Virus record (IMG/VR): IMGVR_UViG_3300025889_000070
DNA: 64,000 nt
Direction: 5' to 3' (one strand)
From: a virus
Lineage: Duplodnaviria; Caudoviricetes
Part shown: positions 48,002-56,633 of the stretch, piece after piece
Layout: every line of letters starts with the position of its first letter
How positions within the stretch are numbered: the stretch's first letter is position 1
Made by a program: the position numbers and the translations under genes
Notes under the pieces: model-generated
Databases searched by the model: none
Told to the model about the DNA's origin: nothing
What the model saw: the letters and a program-made list of their open reading frames with translations, nothing else

Positions 48002-48772
48002 ATGTATAAGTTTTACATGAAAGATTATGACGGAGAACAGGTAGCAGATACACTACACTGGCGTAATGGCAATAAGAATACAAATGGTATATGGATACCC
48101 AAGACTATTTTAAATGAAGATCACACTGGTGTTGCTCATGTTATAGGCAATGGCCCAAGTAGATTAAAGCATAAACTATACCTTTTACATGGACAAACTG
48201 GCGGTGAAGGCGGTCCACACAGTGTGGGCCAAAGTTATGGTTGTAATCAATTATATCAAGATTTTAACCCAACATTTTTATTTTGTGTCAATCCAGAAAT
48301 ACTTTCTTGGATAGCAGAGTCAGATTACTGGAAAGAAAATATTGTATACACTACTAGAAAAAATCTGCTTAAATATCCTGAAAAGTTTTACCTTTATCCG
48401 CATTACGAAAATATGTTTATGGGACCAGCGGCATTACGATTAGCATGTGCTGATGGACATAAAAAAATATTTTTAATTGGATTTGATTTCTATATATCAG
48501 CAGGCTATGAAAAACAAATTTATCCAGCAACTGAAAAGTCATATGTACCTGTGGTTGATTTTTCTAATTTACAACAAAAACTTATTAAACAAGTTGTTAC
48601 CATTATGAAAATGTATGATGATGTAGAATTTTATCACGTTTTAGGCGAACAGGTTACTAGTCCTAATGCTATGTTTGAAGAGTTTAAATGGGTTCCTAAT
48701 CTTAAAACACTAGGACTATTAGAGTATATTAACCTAGCCCAACTAGGTGCCCTGCACAACTTCTCCAAATAA
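48002..48772 (+). CDS. GT42/Maf(DUF115)-like protein, paralogue 2
   Basis: AHVIGNGPSR...SYGCNQLYQDFNPTFLFCVN...ALRLACADGHKKIFLIGFD. Confidence 0.55.
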   Translation: MYKFYMKDYDGEQVADTLHWRNGNKNTNGIWIPKTILNEDHTGVAHVIGNGPSRLKHKLYLLHGQTGGEGGPHSVGQSYGCNQLYQDFNPTFLFCVNPEILSWIAESDYWKENIVYTTRKNLLKYPEKFYLYPHYENMFMGPAALRLACADGHKKIFLIGFDFYISAGYEKQIYPATEKSYVPVVDFSNLQQKLIKQVVTIMKMYDDVEFYHVLGEQVTSPNAMFEEFKWVPNLKTLGLLEYINLAQLGALHNFSK

Positions 48773-49195
48773 ATCAGTAATAGTTGCTATTTTAGTTTGT
48801 ATTTCTTCAGCCTGAAATGTATTAAAAACACCAGGATGCAGCGGTTTAGGCCAGCCTTCTATTGTTGTCCAGGCATAACCTTTGTGTTCTGTGTTTAGTT
48901 GAGGAATAAATTCAGCATCTACTATACTAACAAACGTGTGATATTCGAATCCTTTTTTGTTATTAGTAAATTTTTCAATAGGAATTAATTTAAGTGTGTT
49001 TCTTGATAGACCAGTTTCTTCTATAGTTTCTCTGTTTAGTGCCTGTAATATGCTTTCACCAGGTTCTACCTTGCCTCCCACAAATGCCCAGGTATTCTCA
49101 AAACTTGTTTCACCTCTGAGTAAAAACAAAAACCGTTTAGTTGCTTTAGCAAAAAAGACAGTACCTACACTTTGCTTTAAATAACCAGTGTCCAT
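48743..49195 (-). CDS. Nudix hydrolase
   Basis: Nudix box GGKVEPGESILQALNRETIEETG; LNTEH.GYAW. Confidence 0.92.
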   Translation of the reverse strand: MDTGYLKQSVGTVFFAKATKRFLFLLRGETSFENTWAFVGGKVEPGESILQALNRETIEETGLSRNTLKLIPIEKFTNNKKGFEYHTFVSIVDAEFIPQLNTEHKGYAWTTIEGWPKPLHPGVFNTFQAEEIQTKIATITDLFGEVVQGT

Positions 49196-50577
49196 TCTCC
49201 GGCCTTGTATTCACCTTCATAACTCTTAACCCAGGAACTGCCAGTCCATTTGTACTGTATTCCTGTGTTAGTGTTTGTCATATAGTGTACGTCCAGATCA
49301 GTACTACTGTCAAATACTACATTCCATCTAATACCATCGTACTGAATAATGTCATTGGCTCCAGCAATAAAGTCGTTTCCAGCAGTGTCTTTCCAGGCAT
49401 CTGCTCCGTCTGTATTGCCTGTATTTCCTATGCCTTTTAATATAAGATATCTTTGCCCTAAGGCCGCAGTTGCCAATCCAGAGGATGGTCCTACTCTTAG
49501 GGGGTTTATAATCTTAAGCACTGGATCTAGATCATTTGTAGGAATAGTATCTGCATCCACAGTAAACAATAACTTTGTATCATCGCTGGGATGATAAGCA
49601 ACTGTTCCAACTATTTCACCAGTGCCAAAGTCTATGCGTATTTGACTTATGCCTGCTTGTAACTCACCATACTGATTTATTACTGCTCGCCAGGTAATGT
49701 CATCAACACCTATCTTTACTGGAGGATCATTTTCTATACTTGATTCAACCTTGTTAGTAACAGACTCCTGGCGCTCTAGAATTGTTAGGTTATTACCCAA
49801 TAACAAGATTCCATAATTCATAGGAGTGAACTTCATTCTAGTGCCAATGAGTATGTCTCTATCAATTACACCATCGCTTATACTGCCTGTTTCATCATAA
49901 ATGCTGGCAATAATTTTTTGTACTACGCCCAGTTTTTTAACCTTTGCTGGTGGTGATAACCATATAGGCATTTTAAATTGTAGCGTAGCAATGTCAATCT
50001 GCTCATCAACCCCTACTGGAACTGCTCGACTACTCCAGGTAGTTTGCTCCAATTCTATATAACTTAAACTACCCCAGTCTAAGTAATTGTCTGTGCTCTG
50101 TATTTCCAGTGCTGGATTAAACAGTACTAATATCTGTTCTAAAAGTTGAAGTTTTTGGTTTGTGTTACTGGTCCATATATCCACTGTCATTGTTAAGTTA
50201 TATGGTACAGGCATGTGTCTCTCAACACTGAAAGCATTGCCTTGCTGTGTAGTATATTCACCGGTATCTTGGTTAAACTTACGCATTCTTATGTGACGCT
50301 TATCAACAAAAGTAGGTTCCTGTCTGCGATCTACACTATATTCCATGGCACTAACATAGCAACTAATCATGGGACTAGGATTGATTTTATTTTCACTATT
50401 TTCCTTGATTATGTTGCTAACAATACGGGTAGCATCGCCATATCTAACAGGGACAGTTACCAGTGTAGTATTTCCATTACGGTCCTTGCCGAACTCTACC
50501 TGGAAGTTGCTGAATGCTCTAATAAACTGTAGCAAGAAACGCCGGATTTGTTGGTCATAAAAAAATTGCTGAGCCAT
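49177..50577 (-). CDS. gp15: Tail terminator / sheath stabiliser, gp15-like, with C-terminal extension
   Basis: FFYDQQIRRFLLQF, VPVRYGD, PVPYNLTMTVDIWTSNT.QKLQLLEQILVLFNP; downstream of gp14. Confidence 0.8.
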   Translation of the reverse strand: MAQQFFYDQQIRRFLLQFIRAFSNFQVEFGKDRNGNTTLVTVPVRYGDATRIVSNIIKENSENKINPSPMISCYVSAMEYSVDRRQEPTFVDKRHIRMRKFNQDTGEYTTQQGNAFSVERHMPVPYNLTMTVDIWTSNTNQKLQLLEQILVLFNPALEIQSTDNYLDWGSLSYIELEQTTWSSRAVPVGVDEQIDIATLQFKMPIWLSPPAKVKKLGVVQKIIASIYDETGSISDGVIDRDILIGTRMKFTPMNYGILLLGNNLTILERQESVTNKVESSIENDPPVKIGVDDITWRAVINQYGELQAGISQIRIDFGTGEIVGTVAYHPSDDTKLLFTVDADTIPTNDLDPVLKIINPLRVGPSSGLATAALGQRYLILKGIGNTGNTDGADAWKDTAGNDFIAGANDIIQYDGIRWNVVFDSSTDLDVHYMTNTNTGIQYKWTGSSWVKSYEGEYKAGEWTLVI

Positions 50578-51764
50578 TAGTCATCTTCCCTAGCACTTAG
50601 AATGTCACTTAACCCAACACGTTGTGATATAACAACATTGTCATCTCTAGTGGTAGTTGCTGTATTATTAATAAATGTATCTATCTGACGTTGGCCAGTG
50701 CCTGGTGTTAACCGTGTTCTTACACTGTCTTCAACCTTGACCCAGCGGCGACCATCAAATCTAAACAGTCTGTTTGGTAAGAAGTCTAACCTTAACACAT
50801 AATCACCTTCCACTGATGTTGTTGGAAAACTAGTACCCATGGTAACATTTTCACCATTTGGAGCAAGTCCATCACCAACTAGGTAACCCTTGTAAGCATT
50901 ATTATTCTGTGGGCTTATCCTTGTATTATCAGCACTAACAAGATTACTGTCAACTGTGATAGTAGTCTCATCTGCTGTAAAACCTTTGGGTTCCAGTGGT
51001 TTGCCAGTTTCATCTGTTGGTACAATATAGTATCTGCTGGTATCATAACCGCTTTTAGGAACTTCTTTCTCAGCCTGCTCTACAACAGCATTTGTGACCT
51101 CAAGCTCTTTCTGATAAGTGCTTAGTAAATCTCTAAGTGTCTTTTCTGTGCTTTGGCCAGTATTTTCATCAATCTGTATCTTGTTTAGTATGTCATTGTA
51201 TTCCTGGCTGTCTACCAGTGGTCCGCACTTAACACGCCATAAATGTGGCCACCAGGTTGGTGAATATCCTTCTGTGGGTCTAGTTCCTTCCTGAACAACA
51301 TAGTAACGTTTTAGTGCAATTTCAAGGCTAGTATCCAGGCTATTATAATCTTTAAGATGTGGTAATTCAAGAACATCACCAGCCATCAACCTCCTACCCA
51401 GAATCCTGTCCATGTCTGCTAAGTGGAATGTAATGAATAACGTATCGTTTTGTAGGAATAAACCAAACTGACTTAAATCGAAATCAGTATCTGCTACATT
51501 GTAGATGCCTCTGAGATTGTAGATATCCTGCTCATATTTGCGGTCCCTGTTCTCTAAAAACAGTAAATCCTGAATAGCAAGTGGATCATCCTGTGCTACA
51601 CTGGGTTGTGTAGAATCATTTGTACTACCCTGATCCAGTATACCCAGATATTTGTGTACAGAAATTCCTGTGCCGCCCACAGTAAACATCTCTCTAATGT
51701 TGCGATCAAAGAACTTGAAATCTGAGGTGTGTGCACCCTCTTTCCACATAGAAATCCTGGGAAT
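50577..51764 (-). CDS. gp14: Neck/head-closure protein gp14-like; proposed AUU start at 51764
   Basis: RDRKYE...FDLSQFGLFL.NDTLFITFH...GDVLELPHL...YYVV...W.PHLWRVKC. AGGAG SD lies 7 nt before ATT-CCC-AGG. The track's ATG at 51875 runs through a divergent promoter region. Confidence 0.75.
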   Translation of the reverse strand: MPRISMWKEGAHTSDFKFFDRNIREMFTVGGTGISVHKYLGILDQGSTNDSTQPSVAQDDPLAIQDLLFLENRDRKYEQDIYNLRGIYNVADTDFDLSQFGLFLQNDTLFITFHLADMDRILGRRLMAGDVLELPHLKDYNSLDTSLEIALKRYYVVQEGTRPTEGYSPTWWPHLWRVKCGPLVDSQEYNDILNKIQIDENTGQSTEKTLRDLLSTYQKELEVTNAVVEQAEKEVPKSGYDTSRYYIVPTDETGKPLEPKGFTADETTITVDSNLVSADNTRISPQNNNAYKGYLVGDGLAPNGENVTMGTSFPTTSVEGDYVLRLDFLPNRLFRFDGRRWVKVEDSVRTRLTPGTGQRQIDTFINNTATTTRDDNVVISQRVGLSDILSAREDD

Positions 51765-51786
51765 TGTCTTTCTCCTACAGTTATAG

Positions 51787-51832
51787 TATTTATTGCAAAA
51801 ATGGTTGACACTTTTGTAATATGTGCTAATAT
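51787..51832. promoter_or_regulatory. Back-to-back late (leftward TAAATA) and early (rightward TTGACA...TGCTAATAT) promoters
   Basis: TATTTA 51787-92 (TAAATA on minus); TTGACA 51805-10; GCTAATAT 51825-32. Confidence 0.7.
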
Positions 51833-51859
51833 GTATATGTAGGAAATGAGGAGATGTAC

Positions 51860-52015
51860 ATGACCAAGAAGACACGCGGTGCTACCGTCAAATACAAGAT
51901 GTATGGAAAGATCAATTTCGAGAAGAAATTTGAGACTGTCAAGGAAGCACGGGGTTTCTTCTGGGGATACGTTGTGAAGACTCCGAATATCACTGGTGAA
52001 TTAATTATTAACTAA
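51860..52015 (+). CDS. Small basic early protein (51 aa; not in ORF track)
   Basis: SD GAGGAG; MTKKTRGATVKYKMYGKINFEKKFETVKEARGFFWGYVVKTPNITGELIIN*. Confidence 0.75.
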   Translation: MTKKTRGATVKYKMYGKINFEKKFETVKEARGFFWGYVVKTPNITGELIIN

Positions 52016-52019
52016 TTGA

Positions 52020-52109
52020 GGGGGGCGAAAGGCTCCTGAATCGCTGATCACTGCATAGGCAGCGTAGGGTATGCAGACCCGAAGCCAGGTTCGACTCCTG
52101 GGCCCCCTA
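52020..52109 (+). ncRNA. tRNA-like element with non-canonical D and anticodon arms
   Basis: Acceptor GGGGGGC/GCCCCCT plus discriminator A; T-arm CCAGG-TTCGACT-CCTGG; CGCTG/CAGCG stem with 13-nt loop; GGGT/ACCC variable-arm-like hairpin; no encoded CCA. Confidence 0.6.
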
Positions 52110-52144
52110 GACACCCTTTAAAGTAATTTTTTCCTTAAAAACGA

Positions 52145-52172
52145 TTGACAAGAACCCTATATGTGCTATTAT
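52145..52172 (+). promoter_or_regulatory. Early promoter TTGACA...ATATGTGCTATTAT
   Basis: Shares TTGACA and ATATGTGCTAWTAT with the 51805 promoter, at identical spacing. Confidence 0.75.
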
Positions 52173-52203
52173 GAAGCATAAGTTGAAATTGAGGAGCAAC
52201 GAA

Positions 52204-52482
52204 ATGAGCAAAGAAGTTTCAGTAGCGGAGATCCTGGACATGGATGACATGGTTGTTAGCACTCAGGGCTATACTCGTAAGCAGTTGAGCGATGCGTTTG
52301 ATACTATCGCCGATCCTTCCAACTGGAAGCTGCCCATCACTGCTATCATTAAGCTAGATGAGCTTGATTTGTACAACGAAGCATGTATCTTCTTCACTGG
52401 TGCTCCTCTCTCCGTTGAGCACATTCAAGGAAATCGTGCTGCGGTTTCGTCCCCTGGCTACTACGAAACGATCGGAGCGTAA
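52204..52482 (+). CDS. Small acidic early protein (92 aa)
   Basis: SD GAGGAG precedes ATG 52204 (MSKEVSVAE...); the track's ATG at 52171 lies inside the -10 element. Confidence 0.75.
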   Translation: MSKEVSVAEILDMDDMVVSTQGYTRKQLSDAFDTIADPSNWKLPITAIIKLDELDLYNEACIFFTGAPLSVEHIQGNRAAVSSPGYYETIGA

Positions 52483-52484
52483 AT

Positions 52485-52649
52485 ATGTCAGAGGTATTTG
52501 ACTTTCCGTCAGGAAAATTGTTACCGTTAAATCAACTTCAACGAGAATGGGTTGAACAGGTAGCAAACGAATCTATTGATAACCTTGATGTCGCTGATAT
52601 CCTGGATCTAGTAGAATGCATGGAGGAATACTATGGCAGTAACAACTAA
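52485..52649 (+). CDS. Small acidic hypothetical protein (54 aa; not in ORF track)
   Basis: SD GGAG; MSEVFDFPSGKLLPLNQLQREWVEQVANESIDNLDVADILDLVECMEEYYGSNN*; contains the SD of the next gene. Confidence 0.6.
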   Translation: MSEVFDFPSGKLLPLNQLQREWVEQVANESIDNLDVADILDLVECMEEYYGSNN

Positions 52650-53745
52650 ACGTCGTAAAAAGAAAACGGCTCGCAGGGCTAAAACTGGCTGGGCTGCTAT
52701 TCCTACTAATAGTGGCTTTCGTAAGTTTCAACAAATCGCTCATCTAGATGTTGAAACAAAAGAATATGTTCCTGTAGTTAAATCATATGTTCGTAAAACC
52801 TACGACAAGAAGACTGCCCAGGCTATCCTGGCCAATCCTGATTTTAAATTTACAAGCAGTAATATTTCTTCATACTGTTACTACGTTCAGCTAGATGATG
52901 TAGAACCTGTACCTGCTGAATCAGTAGAGTGGATGAATGCTAAGTTTGCTGAACTGGCTGAATTAGGCAAGGCGCTGGTTGCTGAAAAACGTGCTGAAGA
53001 AAAAGCACAAGCAAAAGTATACAAGCCTAGCATTCAAGAGCGTATGCGTGAACAACTCAGCGATATTATTGGCGAGTTTGAATCCTGGGTAGACGCCCAA
53101 CCTAGCGCGGATATCCCTAAGTTCTTTGATTATCTAAAAAAGAATTCGGTGGCGCAAGCTCACATTGGTAAGATTCGCAGTTACTACGAACCCGTAGCAG
53201 CAGAGTTTCAGGCGCTAACGCAAAAGGATTGCCCAGAAGATCTCGCCGAAGGCTATTCCTATTTGAGTAAAGCATATGTTAAGCATATGATCAAGTTCTT
53301 TGATGCTATGCTAGGCGACTTGGATGCGTATGCTAACCTTAAGAAGGCTACCCGTGCTACCCGCAAGCCCAAGCCCAAGAGTGCCGACAAGCTGGTTTCT
53401 AAACTCAAGATTAAAAAGGATGACGCTAGATTTAAGATTACTAGTGTAGATCCTACCAAGATTGTTGGAGCCACAGAGATTTGGGTATTTAATACGAAGA
53501 CACGCAAACTAGGACGTTATGTTGCCCAACCCAACACCGAATTTACTGTTAAGGGCACCACGCTACAGTTTTTTGATGAGAAGCAGAGCGTACAAAAAAC
53601 TCTGCGTAAACCCGAGGAACAGATCAAAGAGTTCATGGGCAGTGGTAAAGTTGCGCTACGCAAGTTTTTAGATGGCATTAAAGCAACTGAAACTAAAATG
53701 AATGGCAGGTTTAATGAACACACAGTACTGCTAAAGGTTTCCTAA
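52633..53745 (+). CDS. Basic hypothetical protein of a type seen in T4-like phages
   Basis: 370 aa; C-terminal KPKSADKLVSKL...S.DP.KIVGA..IWVFNTK.RKL..Y...VKGTT...S.QKTLRKP.EQ; function unknown. Confidence 0.75.
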   Translation: MAVTTKRRKKKTARRAKTGWAAIPTNSGFRKFQQIAHLDVETKEYVPVVKSYVRKTYDKKTAQAILANPDFKFTSSNISSYCYYVQLDDVEPVPAESVEWMNAKFAELAELGKALVAEKRAEEKAQAKVYKPSIQERMREQLSDIIGEFESWVDAQPSADIPKFFDYLKKNSVAQAHIGKIRSYYEPVAAEFQALTQKDCPEDLAEGYSYLSKAYVKHMIKFFDAMLGDLDAYANLKKATRATRKPKPKSADKLVSKLKIKKDDARFKITSVDPTKIVGATEIWVFNTKTRKLGRYVAQPNTEFTVKGTTLQFFDEKQSVQKTLRKPEEQIKEFMGSGKVALRKFLDGIKATETKMNGRFNEHTVLLKVS

Positions 53746-53769
53746 TAAATATAGTATAAGGAAACTAGT

Positions 53770-54528
53770 ATGGCAACAGACTTAACTACTCTACGCAAAG
53801 ACATTCAGGACTACATATATCTCCGCCTAGGCGGAGATATGATAGATGTGGAATTGGACCCAGCACACTATGACATGTGTATAGACAAAGCAGTTGAACG
53901 TTATCGTCAACGAGCAATGGCTAGCACAGAGAGTAGTTATGTGTTTTTGCGTTTAGTAGAAGAGCAGCAAGAATATGTTCTGCCAGACGAAATCCAGGAA
54001 GTTAGACAGGTTTTCCGTCGTAGCGTAGGCAGCGGTAGCACTGATACAGGCACACAGTTCGAACCATTTGAAGCAGCCTTTGTTAACACGTATCTACTAC
54101 AAGCAGGCAGAGTAGGTGGCCAAGCAACCTACGAAATGTACTACCAGTATCAGGAACTTAGCGCCAGATTATTTGGTGGCTTTGTAAACTTTGAGTGGAA
54201 TCATGTCACAAAGGTACTTACCCTGCTACGTAAGTTTAATGTTAGTGGTGAACAAGTTGTGCTTTGGGTTTACAATACTAGACCAGAGCAAAGACTGCTG
54301 CGAGACAACTACGTAAAACCCTGGATAAAAGACTATAGCCTAGCCATGGCAAAGTATACACTAGGCGAAGCTCGTAGCAAGTTCAGCACTATTGCTGGAC
54401 CACAAGGCGGCACTAGTATGAACGGCGACACGCTTAAAGCAGAAGCACAGGGTGAAATGCAGGTACTAGAAGAAGAACTCAAGAACTACGTAGACGGTTC
54501 AGATCCACTTTCATTTTTGATTGGTTAA
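53770..54528 (+). CDS. gp13: Neck protein gp13-like (head-tail adaptor)
   Basis: YIYLRLG..MIDVELD..HY..CID.A...Y; W.KDY..A..K..LGE.RSKF..I.GPQGG..MNG..LK.EA. Confidence 0.9.
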   Translation: MATDLTTLRKDIQDYIYLRLGGDMIDVELDPAHYDMCIDKAVERYRQRAMASTESSYVFLRLVEEQQEYVLPDEIQEVRQVFRRSVGSGSTDTGTQFEPFEAAFVNTYLLQAGRVGGQATYEMYYQYQELSARLFGGFVNFEWNHVTKVLTLLRKFNVSGEQVVLWVYNTRPEQRLLRDNYVKPWIKDYSLAMAKYTLGEARSKFSTIAGPQGGTSMNGDTLKAEAQGEMQVLEEELKNYVDGSDPLSFLIG

Positions 54529-54531
54529 CAC

Positions 54532-55668
54532 TTGATAAGATGTCCATTGCCCTATATGCACCAATTTATTGGTCAAAATTTCACAAAGCCTTGTTGTGAT
54601 TATACCATAGAGAGCAATAAGCCTCCTATTGAATACTGGAATAGCGACGAACTAGCAACACTAAGAAAAACCTTAGAACAAGGTATCTGGCCAGCTGGAT
54701 GCAATAGTTGCAAGCATAAAGAACTAGAAAATCAACTTAGTCTAAGGCAAAGAAGTCTGCAGGAATACAATGTGCCTAGTATACCTAAAGTTGAGTTTGT
54801 AGATGTTAGATTAAGTAATAAATGTAATTTCGCATGCAGAACTTGTGAGCCTATTTTTAGTAGTCGTATTGCAAAGGAGAGTAGTGTTCACGACTTACAT
54901 GAATATTATGGATATTCTTTAGATAAAAACTATATTGAACATAGCGAACAAATCTCGCAAGATATCAAATCAATGCTTCCTGAAATTAAAAAACTTATGT
55001 TTACAGGCGGCGAGCCTACTTATATAGAGCAGTTTTACGATATTCTTGATACTTGCGATAAGAATATACATCTTCTTGTAACGACAAATGCTAGTATGAT
55101 AGATGAAAGATTTTTATCATATGCTAAACAGTTTCCAAACCTGCATATAACTTTAAGTATAGATGGGATTGGAGATACTGCGGAATATATTCGTTATGGG
55201 ACACTTTGGAGTGAAGTAGATAAAAACATAAAAAAGATACTAGAACTAAAGTGTAGTGTAATGTACAATACTGTTCTCAGTGCATACAGTGTATTAGGAT
55301 TAGAAGATTTAGTAGACTACATTATTGTTCATGAACAAGATGCTTATGGAGCAGATATGTATATCTGCACAAATCCAGTGCATCTGCATCCTTGCGTTTT
55401 GCCACAAAGTGTACGAAACAATTTGACTACGACAATACAAAAATGTATTATAAAACTATCAAACAGTAAAAGAGCAACTGATTATAGAAATGCGATTCAA
55501 AGTTTGAATGATTTACTAAAACAATTAGATAGTGTTTACTTAGACAATAAAAAGTTTATAGATTTTACAAAAAAACTAGATAGTATACGGAATCAAAAAT
55601 ATGATAATTGGTATTTGTGGTCTGATCGAGTCTGGAAAAGGCACTGTGGGGGACATGCTCGTCGGTGA
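54532..55668 (+). CDS. Radical SAM protein with N-terminal Cys-rich segment (TTG start)
   Basis: RLSNKCNFACRTC, FTGGEP, VTTNAS, LSIDG; N-terminal CPLPY...PCC...CNSC. Confidence 0.88.
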   Translation: MIRCPLPYMHQFIGQNFTKPCCDYTIESNKPPIEYWNSDELATLRKTLEQGIWPAGCNSCKHKELENQLSLRQRSLQEYNVPSIPKVEFVDVRLSNKCNFACRTCEPIFSSRIAKESSVHDLHEYYGYSLDKNYIEHSEQISQDIKSMLPEIKKLMFTGGEPTYIEQFYDILDTCDKNIHLLVTTNASMIDERFLSYAKQFPNLHITLSIDGIGDTAEYIRYGTLWSEVDKNIKKILELKCSVMYNTVLSAYSVLGLEDLVDYIIVHEQDAYGADMYICTNPVHLHPCVLPQSVRNNLTTTIQKCIIKLSNSKRATDYRNAIQSLNDLLKQLDSVYLDNKKFIDFTKKLDSIRNQKYDNWYLWSDRVWKRHCGGHARR

Positions 55669-56221
55669 AGGATTTGAGCATGAAAGTTTTGCAGTATCTC
55701 TCAAGGATGCCACAGCCAGTATTTTCAACTGGGATAGAGTGTTGCTAGAAGGCATTACACCTGCTAGCAGAGCCTGGCGAGAACAAGTCGATCCATGGTG
55801 GGAACAACGATTGGGCATCCCGAACTTTACGCCGAGACTCGCACTTCAATTACTAGGCACTGATGTGTTTCGTAACCATTTCCATGCTGACATCTGGATA
55901 CTAAGCATGGAGTCTAGACTAAAAGATTCTACCAGTAACACAGTTATCACAGACGCAAGATTTCCCAACGAGACTGCCATGGTGCGTAGACTTGGCGGCA
56001 AAATAGTTCATGTTAAGCGTGGTACTGATCCCGAATGGTGGGATGTGGCTAAGTATGAACCGGATAGGATGCCAGACTTGTATCCTGAAATTCATGCTAG
56101 CGAATATAGCTGGGCCAGTGTTACACCAGATTATATGATTGTAAATGACGGTACCATAGAAGATCTACAGTCCACAGTTAAAGATCTTCTTCAAGATCTC
56201 CTTGCGTCCAGCCAGTCCTAG
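55601..56221 (+). CDS. Deoxynucleoside monophosphate kinase (T4 gp1-like)
   Basis: MIIGICGLIESGKGT P-loop, SFA..LKDA, SR.WRE, TPR..LQ..GTD..R, VITD.RFPNE. Confidence 0.88.
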   Translation: MIIGICGLIESGKGTVGDMLVGEGFEHESFAVSLKDATASIFNWDRVLLEGITPASRAWREQVDPWWEQRLGIPNFTPRLALQLLGTDVFRNHFHADIWILSMESRLKDSTSNTVITDARFPNETAMVRRLGGKIVHVKRGTDPEWWDVAKYEPDRMPDLYPEIHASEYSWASVTPDYMIVNDGTIEDLQSTVKDLLQDLLASSQS

Positions 56222-56519
56222 ATAATTCATAATTACAGTTTAGGCAAACTGTTTTTAGATTATTAACATTTATATGTTGTTGATTTCTGTCTATGCTGAA
56301 CACGGTTAGTTGCTCAGGCATACTTGGCTTAAAGCCACATTTTTCACAATTAGTCTTCTTCCTGTAACCGGCGAGTTGCCATCTATTCTGTTTGTGTAAT
56401 TTTTGATTACTGGCTTTTTTGTGACAACTCTCACAAAGTTTTCTGTAGTAAACCTGACCTTTTAAATGATAGTTTACTGCCCTGGGGTTTATTTTACAGT
56501 TAAAACATACTGGTCTCAT
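56178..56519 (-). CDS. Zinc-finger / degenerate HNH-like protein
   Basis: Four CxxC pairs (CFNC, CESC, CEKC, CLNC); LTVFSIDRN...NNLKTVCLNC matches HNH geometry, with Ser at the usual His of H.DGN. Confidence 0.6.
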   Translation of the reverse strand: MRPVCFNCKINPRAVNYHLKGQVYYRKLCESCHKKASNQKLHKQNRWQLAGYRKKTNCEKCGFKPSMPEQLTVFSIDRNQQHINVNNLKTVCLNCNYELSRTGWTQGDLEEDL

Positions 56520-56633
56520 ACACTACTTATTAAATTATATTTAATGAACCTTTAAAGGGACATGGTTAACCATTGTTTTCTAGTACATTATAATAAATAC
56601 TATAAAGAATTCTTTGCAAAGGAATAAAAAAAC

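Noticed and set aside
51765-51875. 37-aa N-terminal extension of gp14 given by the ORF track
   Set aside because: It crosses the late promoter and the divergent early promoter, has no SD, and has atypical Cys/His-rich composition.
52020-52109. Functional tmRNA, tRNA-Sec or canonical tRNA-Cys
   Set aside because: Only 90 nt with no tag ORF and no G3-U70 pair. Neither TCA nor GCA sits in a 7-nt loop on a 5-bp stem.
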